Origin: Octopus vulgaris
Lineage: Eukaryota
Assembly (NCBI GenBank): GCA_951406725.2
Contig: OX597832.1
Location: 58,962,001-59,026,000, forward strand
Length of the DNA: 64,000 nt
Reading direction: 5' to 3'
The position numbers and the translations under genes are program-made. Each line of letters starts with the position of its first letter. The first letter of the stretch is position 1. Of the stretch, positions 28,380 to 42,366 are shown piece after piece. The notes under the pieces are model-generated. The model ran no database searches, had not been told where the DNA came from, and worked only from the letters and a program-made list of their open reading frames with translations.

Positions 28380-28805
28380 TCTAATTTTGGTACAAAACCA
28401 GAAATTTTAGCGAAAGTCATGTTAGTCGATTACATCTTTCCCCGTACGAAGCGGTGAATATATTCTATCGACCCCGGGTCGATGAAAGTCAGAGTTGAAG
28501 TTAGTGGATTTTAAACACAAAACGTGAAGTATTGGAACAAATACTGCAAGGCATTTTTTCTTCTACGCTGCAACGATTGCACCAATCCAGGGCTCTTGTG
28601 GATGATATAACGGGTTCAATGTCAACAGATTTTAAACAAAGATATTGCCATCGACTCCAATATTTGACAGACATTTTATTTTATACGCTTCGGAGGCAGA
28701 AGAAGCAAAGCTGACCTCGGCGGAACTGGAACTCAGAACGTACCCTGTCGGAGATGATAGGCATTTACAGCCAGGCATGTTTCCAGCACTCCTACGATTC
28801 TGTCA
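28380..28805 (-). mobile_element. Two degenerate SINE family B copies
   Basis: ATCGACCCCGGGTCGATGAAAGTCAGAGTTGA and GCAAAGCTGACCTCGGCGGAACTGGAACTCAGAACGTA resemble the family B core. Confidence 0.6.
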
Positions 28806-29079
28806 GCGCACTGTATTGTGGACATTATAGTAATGGATATCAGATGCTATTTACAGGAGCACAAGGACCCATCACTTCCACTCGTCTTGAAAATGTTTAT
28901 GCTATTTTAAATAATATTTAAGCCAACAACTTACAAAGTGCCACGGATTTCTTATTAAAGTCAATTCATTTCCATGAACATTGAATCTATTATAGCACTG
29001 TATGCACGAATCCGATTGTAGAATAGTAGGTGTGTGTATGTTAGTCTATGGTTACTGGAAAAAAAGTATTGTTGCTAAA

Positions 29080-29510
29080 ATCCTGACCCTGTTTGTCTCA
29101 TGTTCTGAATTTGTTTGTTCGACCTCCTGACTCTTTTTGTCCAATGTTCTGAAGATGTTTGTCCGATGTCCGACCCTGTTTGTCCGATCCCCTGATCTGG
29201 TTCATCCGACATTCTGATTTTGTTTGTCCGATGTCCTGACCTTATTTGTGCACTCTCTTAACCCTGAATGTCTGATATCCTTACCTTGTTTGTCTGAGGT
29301 CCACACCATCTTTGTCCGGCCTCCTGACCCGTTTTGTCTAATGTCCAGACTATGTTTGTCCAGTCATCTGACACTGACTGTCCGATGTCTTGACTTTGTC
29401 GAATGTACTAGCCTTATTAGTCCGATGACCTAGCCCTCTTTCTCAGATACCCTGACATCCGTTTGTCCGATGTCCAGACCTTGTTTGTGCAATATCCTGA
29501 TCGTATTTGT
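29080..29510. repeat. Degenerate ~22-bp minisatellite, roughly 19-20 units
   Basis: Recurring unit approx. TCCTGACCCTGTTTGTCCGATG. Confidence 0.8.
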
Positions 29511-30060
29511 ATCTACGAAAGTGTTTCCAAGTCTTAGAGACAACACTTCGAGCAATGTAGTAGCCTAGTAGCCAGTTTTTTCATCAAAACCGGTTATAGT
29601 ATGTGAAGCCTTGCACGATACGATGTTTCTAGTGCTTATGACAGATGTAGACAGAGTTAAGAGCGTCTTATATATCTAGTAACGCGGTGGCTAGTCTTCA
29701 CGAACGTGAATTCATTTTTTTATGGATAAATGTATATTTCAGAGGTTTTCTTTGCTTATCTCCACCTCACACCCACGTATACATTTGCTCATTAATCACC
29801 ATCATGTTGGTTTCGTATTGATCTGGAAAAAAACTCATTAAAACCCTCTTTGCACAGTTCAAGCGTGACGGATGGAAGTGTGGCAGCTCTTTGCTACACG
29901 CGTATTCATTAGCTTTCAAGACCTCCCGTTGTCTGTCCCAACTACGTTTGAAGATAAGATCTACTTGGTTTGTTTAAAGTTGGTTCACGCATATCCTTTC
30001 AAGTGAACGCAATTGTTTAAACACACCATACACGCATACATATACTCATATATGCATACA

Positions 30061-30091
<31 letters not shown>

Positions 30092-30209
30092 GTGTACACG
30101 TTTACATGTTTATATAAGTTCATGTACGTATATGTAGCCGTATATATGCGGTATATATGTGTACATATGTTTCTGTGTTAGTAGACACATATCTCTCTCT
30201 CTCTCTTTG

Positions 30210-30241
<32 letters not shown>

Positions 30242-30253
30242 CACACACAAACA

Positions 30254-30331
<78 letters not shown>

Positions 30332-30387
30332 CATACATGTATGTATCTGTATGTATATATATAGATATAGAGATATATGATTTCGAT

Positions 30388-30515
30388 ACCAACCACACGA
30401 TTCCAGGTTCAATCCCACTGCGTGGCATCTTGAGCAAGGGTTTTTGGCTCTAGCCTCGAGCTGAACAAAGCTTTGTGAGTGGATTTAGCAGACGGATCCT
30501 GAAAGAAGCTCATCG
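30388..30515 (+). mobile_element. SINE family A 5' part
   Basis: ACCAACCAC..GGTTCAATCCCACTGCGTGGCATCTTGAGCAAGG..TTGTGAGTGGATTT. Confidence 0.8.
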
Positions 30516-30524
30516 TATATATGT

Positions 30525-30593
<69 letters not shown>

Positions 30594-30599
30594 TATGGA

Positions 30600-30761
30600 C
30601 AGATAACCGAAGAGATGGTGTTGTGGATTTCCACTTTGGCATCTGAAACTCAGAGTTTTATCCTGACTAATGAGTAATTGTAACATTATTTTATAGATAA
30701 ATTTCCTCTATTCACATAATATTGAGGTATCTTTCTTACTTTTGTCATCTTACCGTTTTTA

Positions 30762-30763
<2 letters not shown>
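30600..30763 (+). mobile_element. Solo PLE terminal repeat (same family as 41510-41663) with HHR-like motif
   Basis: Close match to 41510-41663; GATAA-CCGAAGA-GATG..CATCT-GAAAC-TCAGA-GTT-TTATC; embedded in (TA)n on both sides. Confidence 0.85.
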
Positions 30764-30831
<68 letters not shown>

Positions 30832-30983
30832 TAGATGATATATATATATATACATATATAGATTATATTAATCAATACATATATATGTATATATATATAT
30901 ATATGTGTGTATTTGTATGTATGTGTGTGTGTGTATATGTGTGTATTTGTATGTATGTGTGTGTGTGTGCGTGCGTGTATATA

Positions 30984-31014
<31 letters not shown>

Positions 31015-31817
31015 ATATATATATATGATTCACACAACACACGCATACGCACACGCGCTCACAGACATACACACATGCTCGCACACACACATGCTCGCAC
31101 ACACACATACATATACATTCTACATACAAAAAAAATTGAAAATGACAGTGTGACATATTGCACTACACCTTCCTATGGGTGCCATCCTACGACATTATTT
31201 TTCCTTTCATATTGAATTTCTTTCGTGATGTCCGCCATATTTATCAGATTCTTTGTGTGCATATAGTTTCCGCTATTTAAAATCCGTCTACCTATCTAAT
31301 GTTAGTTATTTGTGTATCAGGCCTTTATACGTTAACTCGTGTATTACATAATATTCTGTCATTGTCACTTACCGTCTGTAAAGGAAGACGGCATCCCAAC
31401 ATCAATAACCGCACACATTTATCCATTGATACCATACATTAAATACAAACGCAGATGATAGATCAATAACGAAATAAAACAATAAAAAATGCAGGCGTAT
31501 GCACAAATGTAGAAACACAAACACATATACATACAGAGAAATGAGTTGCAATTCCTATAAACCCACATCAAACAGGAACGCGACAACGAAGTATGGTAAT
31601 CCATGACGAATGTTCACATATATATGTAGAAAGTGAGACCCACAGATGTATTCATGATTGCCAAAATTTAAAGACGTAACACCAGATGAGCAATCAATCA
31701 TGGCGGATTCATTGAGAAGGCTGCAGATGTAGAGTGAATGAATTTCACTTGCGATTTATCAAAGTACAACACAAATACGCGAATTTTGTTTCAGAGATTC
31801 ACGCTCTTGAAATAGTC

Positions 31818-32390
31818 TTTTCTAATCTAGGTACAAGACTCGAATTTTTTGGGGGGTGGAGGCATTCGATTAGATCGACCCCAGTACGCAACTGGTACTT
31901 ACTTTTATCTATCTATCTATCTATCCGCTCAGTCGAAGTCGACTCTCGGTTACTCGATGGATCAGTGTTCTCCAGCCAGTTCTATCCTGCGTCGCTTCTT
32001 TGATATTGGCTATGGCCATTCCCGTGTCACTCTTAATGGTGTCAAGCCAGCGGGTTCTTGGTCAGCCTCTTCCTCTCTTGCCACTGACCATTCCGAGCAT
32101 GATGTCCTTCTCCGCATAATATGACCAAAATATGCCAATCTATGCTTGATGATCCTAGCTTCTAGCGACAGTTTCGGCTTGATCTGGTTAAGAACTTCTC
32201 CATTGGTGAGCTTCGCTGTCTATGGAATCCGTAAAAATCTTCTCCAACACCAAAGCTCGAATGCATTAGTTCTCTCCTGGTCAGCTTTCTTTAGTGTCCA
32301 GGTCTCGCACCCACATGTTGCTAGTGGGAAGACGATTGCATTATCAATTTATCGACCCCCAAAAGGATGAAAGACAAAGTCGACCCCGGT
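31818..32390 (-). mobile_element. SINE family B copy split by an RTE insertion
   Basis: ..CGCAACTGGTACTTAC (to ~31902) resumes as AATTTATCGACCCCCAAAAGGATGAAAGACAAAGTCGAC (from ~32346). Confidence 0.75.
31905..32343 (-). mobile_element. 5'-truncated RTE (BovB-like) LINE 3' end with (TAGA)n tail
   Basis: Minus strand: AIVFPLATCGCETWTLKKADQERTNAFELWCWRRFLRIP*TAKLTNGEVL..RLAYFGHIMR..KDIMLGMVSGKRGRG*PRTRWLD..QDRTGWRTLIHRVTESRLRLSG*, the typical RTE C-terminus; stops and a deletion. Confidence 0.9.
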
Positions 32391-32619
32391 GAAACGCTCT
32401 TGAAATATTGCGAGATCACTTTAAGCGCTCTCTCTCGTAGTCTTAAAAAGCTAAAAAGTTTGTAAAACCGATACAAAGGTAGAAACAATGCGTCCCCAAC
32501 CACATGATTGCGGGTTCTGTCCCACTGTTTGGATCTTTAGGCAGTTTTCTTCTTACTATAGTCTGGGACCGAGCAAAGCCTCTTGGGTGGGCTTCGAAGA
32601 CGTAAACTGAAGGAAGCCC

Positions 32620-32664
<45 letters not shown>

Positions 32665-32667
<3 letters not shown>

Positions 32668-32775
32668 GGATCACGTTACCGACCAGGCCGTCAGATGTTG
32701 CTACACATCGCTGGTCACAATGCGCTTCGCATTGTTGTAGCCTGCAATGGTGCCATCCCACTGGCTAAGCGAGGA
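32665..32775 (-). mobile_element. SINE family D 3' fragment
   Basis: GATGTTGCTACACATCGCTGGTCACAATGC is the reverse complement of 25453-25482. Confidence 0.65.
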
Positions 32776-32778
32776 GGC

Positions 32779-32830
<52 letters not shown>

Positions 32831-32847
32831 ATATATATATATATATA

Positions 32848-33199
32848 CTAGCAGTATCGCCCGGCGTTGCTCGGGTTTGTAAGGGAAATAACTATAAAGC
32901 ATTTTTAGAGAGTTATAGCCAAAAAATGGAAAAAAAATTATGGTAAATTTTTTTTAGTTAAAAAGGTCGAGTTGCGTCCCCTAGACAGTCTGTGGTTTGT
33001 GTTTCTGATTCTCGACCCCATGTCGAATTTATCGATTTTTTCAGAACTGGGGGAACTTTTCAAAATTTTCGCTGCGTTAGTTTTGAATTATGACATTGGG
33101 CTATGTGTGTGTCAAGTTTCATCAGAATCGGTTGAAAGCCGTGGTCAGGGTGAGGGTACAACCTAACAGACACACAGAAACACACACATACAAACTGCC

Positions 33200-33210
<11 letters not shown>
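32848..33210 (-). mobile_element. Non-autonomous Helitron-like element, copy 3
   Basis: A|CTAGCAGTATCGCCCGGCGTTGCTCGGGTTTGTAAGGGAAATAACTATA is the reverse complement of the 3' end at ~3945-3993; its other end TATATAAACGGCAG lies in a TA tract; the interior differs from copies 1 and 2. Confidence 0.8.
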
Positions 33211-33289
<79 letters not shown>

Positions 33290-34393
33290 GTTATGTGTAT
33301 GTTTGTGTGTGCGTGTGTATGAGTGTTTTTGTCTCTGTTTCTTTCCCCATCATTGCTTGACAACTGGTGCAGCAAAAGAGACGAATAGAATTAGTTCCAG
33401 GCTTTAAAAAAATAACTACCTTCTACGATTCTTTCGAATGGAAATTCGTCAAGGCAGTGCTGCAGCATGGCCGCAGTCTAATGACTGATGCAAGTAATAG
33501 ATAAAAGATAAATCTGAACATATTTATGAATTTGAAATTAAGTAAATTACAGTTTAATATCCTACAAGATTACAAGCATAAGGGACGGATGGAATGCACG
33601 TTGGAGACCCAAGGGATTGGAATAAGGTATATACGATACTATTTTACTATTGCTATCATCATGATCATCATGATTATCATGATCATCATTATTATTATTA
33701 TTATTTTTTTTTTTTTTTTCAATCGTTTGAAAGCTAATATTTTTTTCGCTGTCAATGCCCGCTAGGTCGGTACCATTAAGGAGAATTGTACCCAATTAAA
33801 TGAAGTTGCTTCATATATTTTTAAAGGTTCATTATCTTTATTATGTTTGCAGAAATATTGTTAATGTAATAAAAAAAAATAGATGGTATAAACTAAAAAA
33901 ACAAAAAAAATGAAAAAATGAAATGGTAACATAAACGGAAACTGTGTTCAATTTAAATAATCTAAAAAAACATTGCTGCCCCCAAAATTATACACAAAAT
34001 TAAGGTAATAACATTCAGTCAATAAATATAAATTTACTTATATCATTAATATTATTATCGTCGTATTCCGATGTAGGCCTCCATTTTTTTCTTTTCGGCT
34101 CTATATTTTTAATCCTGTACCTCCTCCTACCATTCCTCCTCCTTCTTCTTCTCCTCCTTTCCCCCCACCACGTCCACCTTCACCTCCTTCTATTCTTCCT
34201 CTTCCTGTTTCTGCTCCTCATCTTCCACCGTACGGTCTGCGTAAAGAACAAGAAAAGCAACAACTGCATACAAAAAAAAAAATAGATTGAATAAGTCTGT
34301 AAATAGAGCAAGCAACAATCGTCTCAATCTTATTCCGCTACATTCGTTATCAGCGTGACAATCATGAAAATTACAAGCAATAATAACAATAAC

Positions 34394-34461
<68 letters not shown>

Positions 34462-34538
34462 TGATGATGACGATGATGATGATGATGATGATGATGATGA
34501 TAATAATAATAATAATAATAATGATAATAATGATGATA

Positions 34539-34570
<32 letters not shown>

Positions 34571-34607
34571 AATAATAATAATGATGATGATGATGATGAT
34601 GATGATA

Positions 34608-35130
34608 GGCTTCTGATCTTAACTGATTGGAAGTGTTATCATGTACATTGTTTTGTCTTGGTATAAAAGATGGGCTACAGCAAATATTCTGCTCAATACC
34701 ACAGATTTGCTTGTCAGTTGTTTGACCTTAACCAGTTGAGCGATGTCCCTTAGTGGCTGACGATATGTGCATCTCTGATCACGAGCAGAAGTAGTGGGGG
34801 AGCATCATAGCCATGTGTTGAGAAGGATTCTTTGGGGTTTGAATAATTCACCTCTGGAAACATGGGTGTTTCGTTCAACGTCCTTAAACAACCCTTATTC
34901 AGAGACCTTTTGAGCGGGATGGGTTACTCGATCTGAAGAAAATTCTAACTGGGCTCCACCTGCAAGGTCATGTGTTGTTTATCTTGATATGAGATCACCA
35001 TGTCGCGCACATGTAGTTGTGATGCATGTGCCTGGTATACCCTTATCAGACGGGTAGTCATGATGGGTATACTGGGCTTCGTATATTTTGCCCCAGTGTC
35101 ACTTTGATGGCATGCTCTGCTCGCTCACTC

Positions 35131-35131
<1 letters not shown>
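34608..35131 (+). mobile_element. ~520-bp interspersed repeat ending in a TAA array (unclassified retroposon-like)
   Basis: Diverged copies at 35558-35760 (truncated) and 35850-36360; each is bounded by (TAA/GAT/CAA)n; ends CACTC-AATAATAAT. Confidence 0.75.
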
Positions 35132-35168
<37 letters not shown>

Positions 35169-35169
<1 letters not shown>

Positions 35170-35295
35170 CCTACGCAGAACACGTTCCATACAATAACCA
35201 TCAGATCATCACAACAAATCACAGCACATACCCAAGGCACACAGAGCTGCGCTCGGTAGTGAAGTGAAAGCACGCTATAAAAATAAAACTACTGG

Positions 35296-35369
<74 letters not shown>

Positions 35370-35500
35370 CCTACGCAGAACACGTTCCATACAATAACCA
35401 TCAGATCATCACAACAAATCACAGCACATACCCAAGGCACACAGAGCTGCGCTCGGTAGTGAAGTGAAAGCACGCTATAAAAATAAAACTACTGAATAAT
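35169..35500 (+). mobile_element. Two near-identical ~130-bp 3' ends of an R4/Dong-like LINE, 200-bp period
   Basis: ATCCTACGCAGAACACGTTCCATACAATAA reads ILRRTRSIQ* (cf. HILRxxLS* C-terminus), followed by a short UTR and (TAA)n; at 35169 and 35369. Confidence 0.6.
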
Positions 35501-35557
35501 AATAAAAATAATGATCATGATGTTAATGATGCAGATAATAACGACAACAATATTAAG

Positions 35558-35760
35558 GGACCTTTTGACATGAAAGAAATTCTAACTGGGCCTCACGTGC
35601 AAGATCATACGCAGTTTATCTTGATATGAGGTCAGCGTTTCGCCCGCATTCGGTTCTGATGCATGTGTGTACCATTTTCAGACGGGAAGTCCTGACAAGT
35701 ATATTGAGCTTCGAATATTTGTACTCCAGCGTCAGTTTCACGGCGTGTACTACTCACTCG
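35558..35760 (+). mobile_element. Truncated copy of the 34608-35131 repeat
   Basis: GGACCTTTTGA..AATTCTAACTGGGC..GTTTATCTTGATATGAG..CTCACTC matches the 3' part of that repeat. Confidence 0.75.
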
Positions 35761-35849
35761 ACAATAACAACAACAACAACAACAACAGCAGCAGCAGCAG
35801 CAACAAAAACAACAACAATAATAATAATATTAATAATAATAAAAATAGT

Positions 35850-36360
35850 AAATACCTTGTACCAGGCACTGGCTCTCATAGCTTTCGATCTTGACTGATT
35901 GGAAGTGTTACCATGTACATTGTTTTATCTTGGTATAAAAGATGGGCTACAGCAAATATTCTGCTCAATACCACAGATTTGCTTGTCAGCTGTTTGACCT
36001 TAACCAGCTGACCATGTCCCTTAGTGGCTGACGATATGTGCATCTTTAATTATGAGCATAAATAGTGGGGGAGCATCATAGCCATGTGTTAAGGGGAATT
36101 CCTTAAAATTTGAATAATTCACCTCTGGAAACGTATGTGTTTAGTTCAACATGCTTAAACAACCTTTATTTAAGGATCTTTTGAGTGGGATGGGCTATTC
36201 GGCCTGAAAGGTTATGCTCTACTTGGAAAGTCATGCGCTGTTTATCTTGATATGAGATCACCATGTCGTGCACATAGGGATATGACGCATATGCCTGGGG
36301 TACTCTTATCAGACGGATAGTCATGATGACTACATTGGGCTTCGTATATTTGTACCCCAA
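35850..36360 (+). mobile_element. Third copy of the 34608-35131 repeat
   Basis: Long match from GATCTTGACTGATTGGAAGTGTTA to GGGCTTCGTATATTT. Confidence 0.8.
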
Positions 36361-36454
36361 AATATACTGCAAAAAAACATCAGTAACAACAACAACAACA
36401 ATAATAATAATAGTAATAATAATAATAGTAATAATAATAATAGTAATAATAATA

Positions 36455-36554
<100 letters not shown>

Positions 36555-36583
36555 CGATGATGATGATGATAACGATGATGATA

Positions 36584-36618
<35 letters not shown>

Positions 36619-36662
36619 AATACTAATAATACTGCTGATGGTGATGTTGATGATGATGATGT

Positions 36663-36693
<31 letters not shown>

Positions 36694-36697
36694 AATA

Positions 36698-37060
36698 AGG
36701 ACATGGAAACTGGCATGCAAAACATGCGGCACCTTAAAACCAGAACTCTTCTTGTTATGGTAGGTGCTCTATGTATGATAAAAAATATGGATGTTAGAAA
36801 CATCCCGATAACATCCCAGGAGAACCATGTCTCAGACAAATCCAGAATATTGTGTTGCCAATACTGACCAAATTCTTACAAAAACCCTATCAATTGAAAT
36901 GTCCGCTTTGTAATACATGAAGATATTTCGCTACTGCACCTGCTACCTCTACTCACCAAGACTTCAGTCATACTGTAATATCTTTTATCCATCACTCACC
37001 CTAGGACGCTGGGTGTGTCTAAGCAACTGATTGTAACAGACATGCAGATTAAAAATAAAT
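36698..37060 (+). mobile_element. Decayed R4/Dong-like (restriction-like endonuclease) LINE 3' end
   Basis: DMETGMQNMRHLKTRTLLVMVGALCMIK resembles DLEIEIxRMWxLKTxxIPVxVGALGMIK; frameshifted downstream; sits in TAA/GAT/CAA arrays. Confidence 0.65.
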
Positions 37061-37111
37061 AACAGCAACAACAACAACAGCAAAAACAACAACAACAATA
37101 ATAATAAATCA

Positions 37112-37308
37112 AAATTTTTGCACAAGGTCAATAGGGTTGGAGCGTGACTATGTCGGTTAAATTGACATCAGTGTTCAACTGGTACTTACTTAATCAACCA
37201 CTAAGTCATGAAATAAGAAATCATCCCCGGCGGAATTTTTAGAGACAACGTTTAGACGGAAGAAATACCAAAAAGCACTTTCCCCGGCGTGCTAACGATT
37301 CTAGCAGC
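37112..37308 (-). mobile_element. Degenerate SINE family B monomer
   Basis: TTTTGCACAAGG..CAACTGGTACTTA..CGGCGGAATTT..CCCGGCGTGCTAACGATTCT. Confidence 0.7.
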
Positions 37309-37314
37309 TAAACA

Positions 37315-37745
37315 AAACGAAGACGAAGAAGAAAAAGAAGAAGGAGAAGAAGAAGAAGAAGAAGAAGAAGAAGAAGAAGAAGAAGAAGGAGGAGGAGAAG
37401 ACGAAGAAGAAGAAGAAGAAGAAGAAGAAGAAGGAGGAGGAGAAGACGAAGAAGAAGAAGAAGAAGAAGAAGAAAAAGAAGAAGAAGAAGAAGAAGAAGA
37501 AGAAGAAGAAGAGGTAGACGACGACGACGACGAAAAAGAAGAAGAAGAAGAAGAAGCAACAGAGGAAGAAGAAGAAGAAGAAGAAGAAGAAGAAGAAGAA
37601 GAAGAAGAAGAAGAAGAAGAAGAAGAAGAAGAAGAAGAAGAAGAAGAAGATGATGATAATGATGATGATGATGATGAAAAAGAAGAAGAGCATGTAAAAA
37701 ACTAGAAGAAGCAGAAATTGAAGAAGAACAAGAACGAGAACAAGA
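37315..37745. repeat. (GAA)n-rich tract
   Basis: Directly visible. Confidence 0.95.
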
Positions 37746-38711
37746 AGGCGTTTAAAATTCATGTTAATTTAGGCGAAAAACACCCGTACTTTTTTTAATT
37801 GTACCAGTTTTGACGTTTGCATCGATTCTCGTATTTCGCTGCTATTCTTTTTCATCTTAAAAGAAAGGATGATTAAATAGACAGCAGAATCTATATTCGT
37901 TTGTTGATTCTCTAATTCTTCTCTACGCCATTTTGCCCGATATAAATCGTACGCTTCTTGCGGATGGCAGAGAGATTTTGTTGGTATGGGGCGAGCTGGC
38001 AACTACAACGGAAGAAACGCAATACGTTGAAATTACGTGATCTGGTAGTTCCGGCGGCCGTTGTAAACGATTCTCGTCTGCTAACAATGTGTGTGCGTAT
38101 GTGTGAATGTGTGTCTGAGAGGGCGTGTGTGAGTGTGCGTGTGTGTCTGTGTGTGTTTTCTTTTATAAACAATGAGTCTTTACGAGAAGACCCCTCCAGA
38201 CGGATACCGCAGTATTCATCGTTGTAACAAAACAAACCATTCTCGTCTACTAACGATATATATGTGTGTGTGTACATGCATGTACATGCATGTCTGTGTG
38301 TGTCTGCCTGTCTGTCTGTGCGCTCTTTTATACACCATGACCGTATATGAGAAGACCACCGCCTCATGAACTAATGATGCTGCGAAGAAGAAACAAACTC
38401 AGCAATACTGTTCAGAGAGGCATGAATGTCACAACAGCTTATTTTCCTTGTAACTAAATTACCTAATTATTTTTCTTTTCCGAAATTATTTTGAAATTGT
38501 CATTTTGAAAGAGCTTTTAGCAGCAGAAATGTTTGAGTCCGCAACCAGGCGATATTGAATCTCATCGTAAAATTTACATAAAATTTTGTTTATGTAATAT
38601 GCATAAATAAATTTATGTATATATCTAGTTATAAGCATATATTGAATAAACTAACACTCTGCCTCCTGCTATGCAAATAGCCCTCCGGTTAAACCACCTT
38701 CTCTTTCACTG

Positions 38712-38776
<65 letters not shown>

Positions 38777-38815
38777 ATATCTACCTACCTACCTATCTAC
38801 CTACCTATTTATCTG

Positions 38816-38902
<87 letters not shown>

Positions 38903-39024
38903 CTAGCTAACTAGCCAGCTAACTATGTACCTACCTACCTATCTACCTATGTATGTATATATATATGTATCTATGTATCTATCTCTATATCTATCTGTCT
39001 GTCTATCTCTCTATCTATCCATCC

Positions 39025-39092
<68 letters not shown>

Positions 39093-39551
39093 GTTTGTCT
39101 GTCTGTCTATCTATCTGTTTCCAAAAGGAAGCTTGAAAGAGTCGAATTAGTTTCACTAGTAATAATCAAGATTTATTTGCACAAGGCGTATAAGTATGTC
39201 TTTGCTAAAGTTGTATGCATGTATTTAAATTTATTTACAAAATTATCCACAAGCGTGCTATCTTCGTTTTCAGTTAATACGTTCGGTTTATATAAATTCA
39301 GTATATACAAACTATATCCAGAATGTTTTAGAATTAACGAAATACTATATTTACCAGAAATAACGAAGAAGAGAATGAATATCACCATGCTTTTAACATA
39401 TAGCCTAAAGTTTCACTAAATATATATTTCACTTAGAAATATCTCTCGGGTGAATTATCAGCTAAAACACATATTATTATTATTTATTATTATTATTATT
39501 ATTAATATTATTATTATTATTATTATTATTGATAATAATATCATCATCATT

Positions 39552-39610
<59 letters not shown>

Positions 39611-39621
39611 TATTATTCTTC

Positions 39622-39687
<66 letters not shown>

Positions 39688-40610
39688 GCTTTAACATTAA
39701 AATTTCTCGTTAATGTTTTGAAATATAAATATATTCTAAATGTTTTGGCGAAGAAATATGTGCAAATATGAAGGTTTAAACCTATTTTGTATATTATGTT
39801 TGAAATGTCATTTACCTAAATTTTATTCGCCGTGCCATCAAAGTTATGCTTTCCCTAATGTATGTTTGACATTTACATTCTGATTTTATGGTAAAATAAA
39901 AGGGCAATTTGTTTTGGGTTTTATTTTACAAGGATGCCCCCAAACTCTTCAGCATTTAAACGTTTAAATGCTAAAAATTATCATTCTGTTTTCACCAGAT
40001 CTCTCGTCCTTTTCATCATTACATATTATTTCAATATGCATATTCCCATGTTGTATTCTTCGAATGTAAACAAATATTTTACATGCATTTGGTTACATAA
40101 ATAACCACTATCTTCTATATAGTAACATTTCCTAATATTGGCCGGGTTTATTTACTTTCTTCTATACTTGAATCTTATAACGCTTAGGGGTGATAACTAA
40201 GATCCTTCGCATAGGTTTCCAAAATGGCTTACATCTTATTTGCTATGGTTTCCAACGACGATATTATGAGAATTGCCTAAAGGAAAGCCGAGAGGCTAAG
40301 CCTAATGATAACTTATAGCTTACGTTGTTAATCTTGTATTCACAATGTCAAAACAGAAAATATATTAAAGGATATTGAGATGACCCATCAAATTACTAGT
40401 AATCAATACACACTTGTATAATTGATCTCTGATAGCGTTTGTGGTTGAAGAGTGAATATGAATCGCCACATATGTCCTCTCTATGTCCTACCGTCAATCT
40501 CTTTCGCAATATATGTGTGTGAGTGTGTGTTTGTGTGTGTGTGTTTGCTCGTGTATGTGTATGTGAGTCTGCATAACATAAAGACGTATATATATGTATA
40601 TACATATACA

Positions 40611-41663
<1,053 letters not shown>

Positions 41664-41698
41664 ATCAATAGACCAAGCGTTGGTCTATTTAAAGCTGC

Positions 41699-41772
<74 letters not shown>

Positions 41773-41895
41773 GCATATATATATATATATACATATACAG
41801 CTAGATAGCTTGATGGACAGACAGACAGAACAGACAGACAAGGAGATTGATAGATCTATATCTATAAATATATGTGTTTATACATACATACATAC

Positions 41896-41961
<66 letters not shown>

Positions 41962-42366
41962 ATGTATGTATATATATATATATATATATATATACATACA
42001 TACAAATAGATATGTCTTATATGTACAGTTAGAGGAACGACTGCTACTGGTAATCTTAAGTTTACATGCACAGTATAACGGTATTCTTACTTCTGTCCTT
42101 AGCAGTACTACAACATAAACATACACGCGCACGCAAACATATGCATAGAAACACATACACACACCCATATACACGCATACGCATGCACACACTCATACAC
42201 ACGCGCATATACATACGCTCATATACACACACATACGCACGCAAACACGCATACAGAAGTATTGGGAACATTCAGTCCTTGGTACAAAATATTATATATT
42301 TGAATTAAATGAATGGGAATTGCTTTTGTTATAGTTGTCATTCACTTTAAAAATTTGATGTTTATA

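Larger units (their letters stand above)
32495..33510 (+). mobile_element. SINE family A copy split by nested insertions
   Basis: 5' half at 32495-32620 and 3' half at 33290-33510 (CAGCATGGCCGCAGTCTAATGACTGA..GATAAAAGA). Confidence 0.7.

Noticed and set aside
29080-29510. CRISPR-like array
   Set aside because: The units are contiguous and degenerate with no unique spacers, the context is eukaryotic, and there are no cas genes.
37289-37705. Acidic poly-Glu ORF (138 aa)
   Set aside because: It is a (GAA)n microsatellite that begins inside a SINE head, with no domain or splice evidence.
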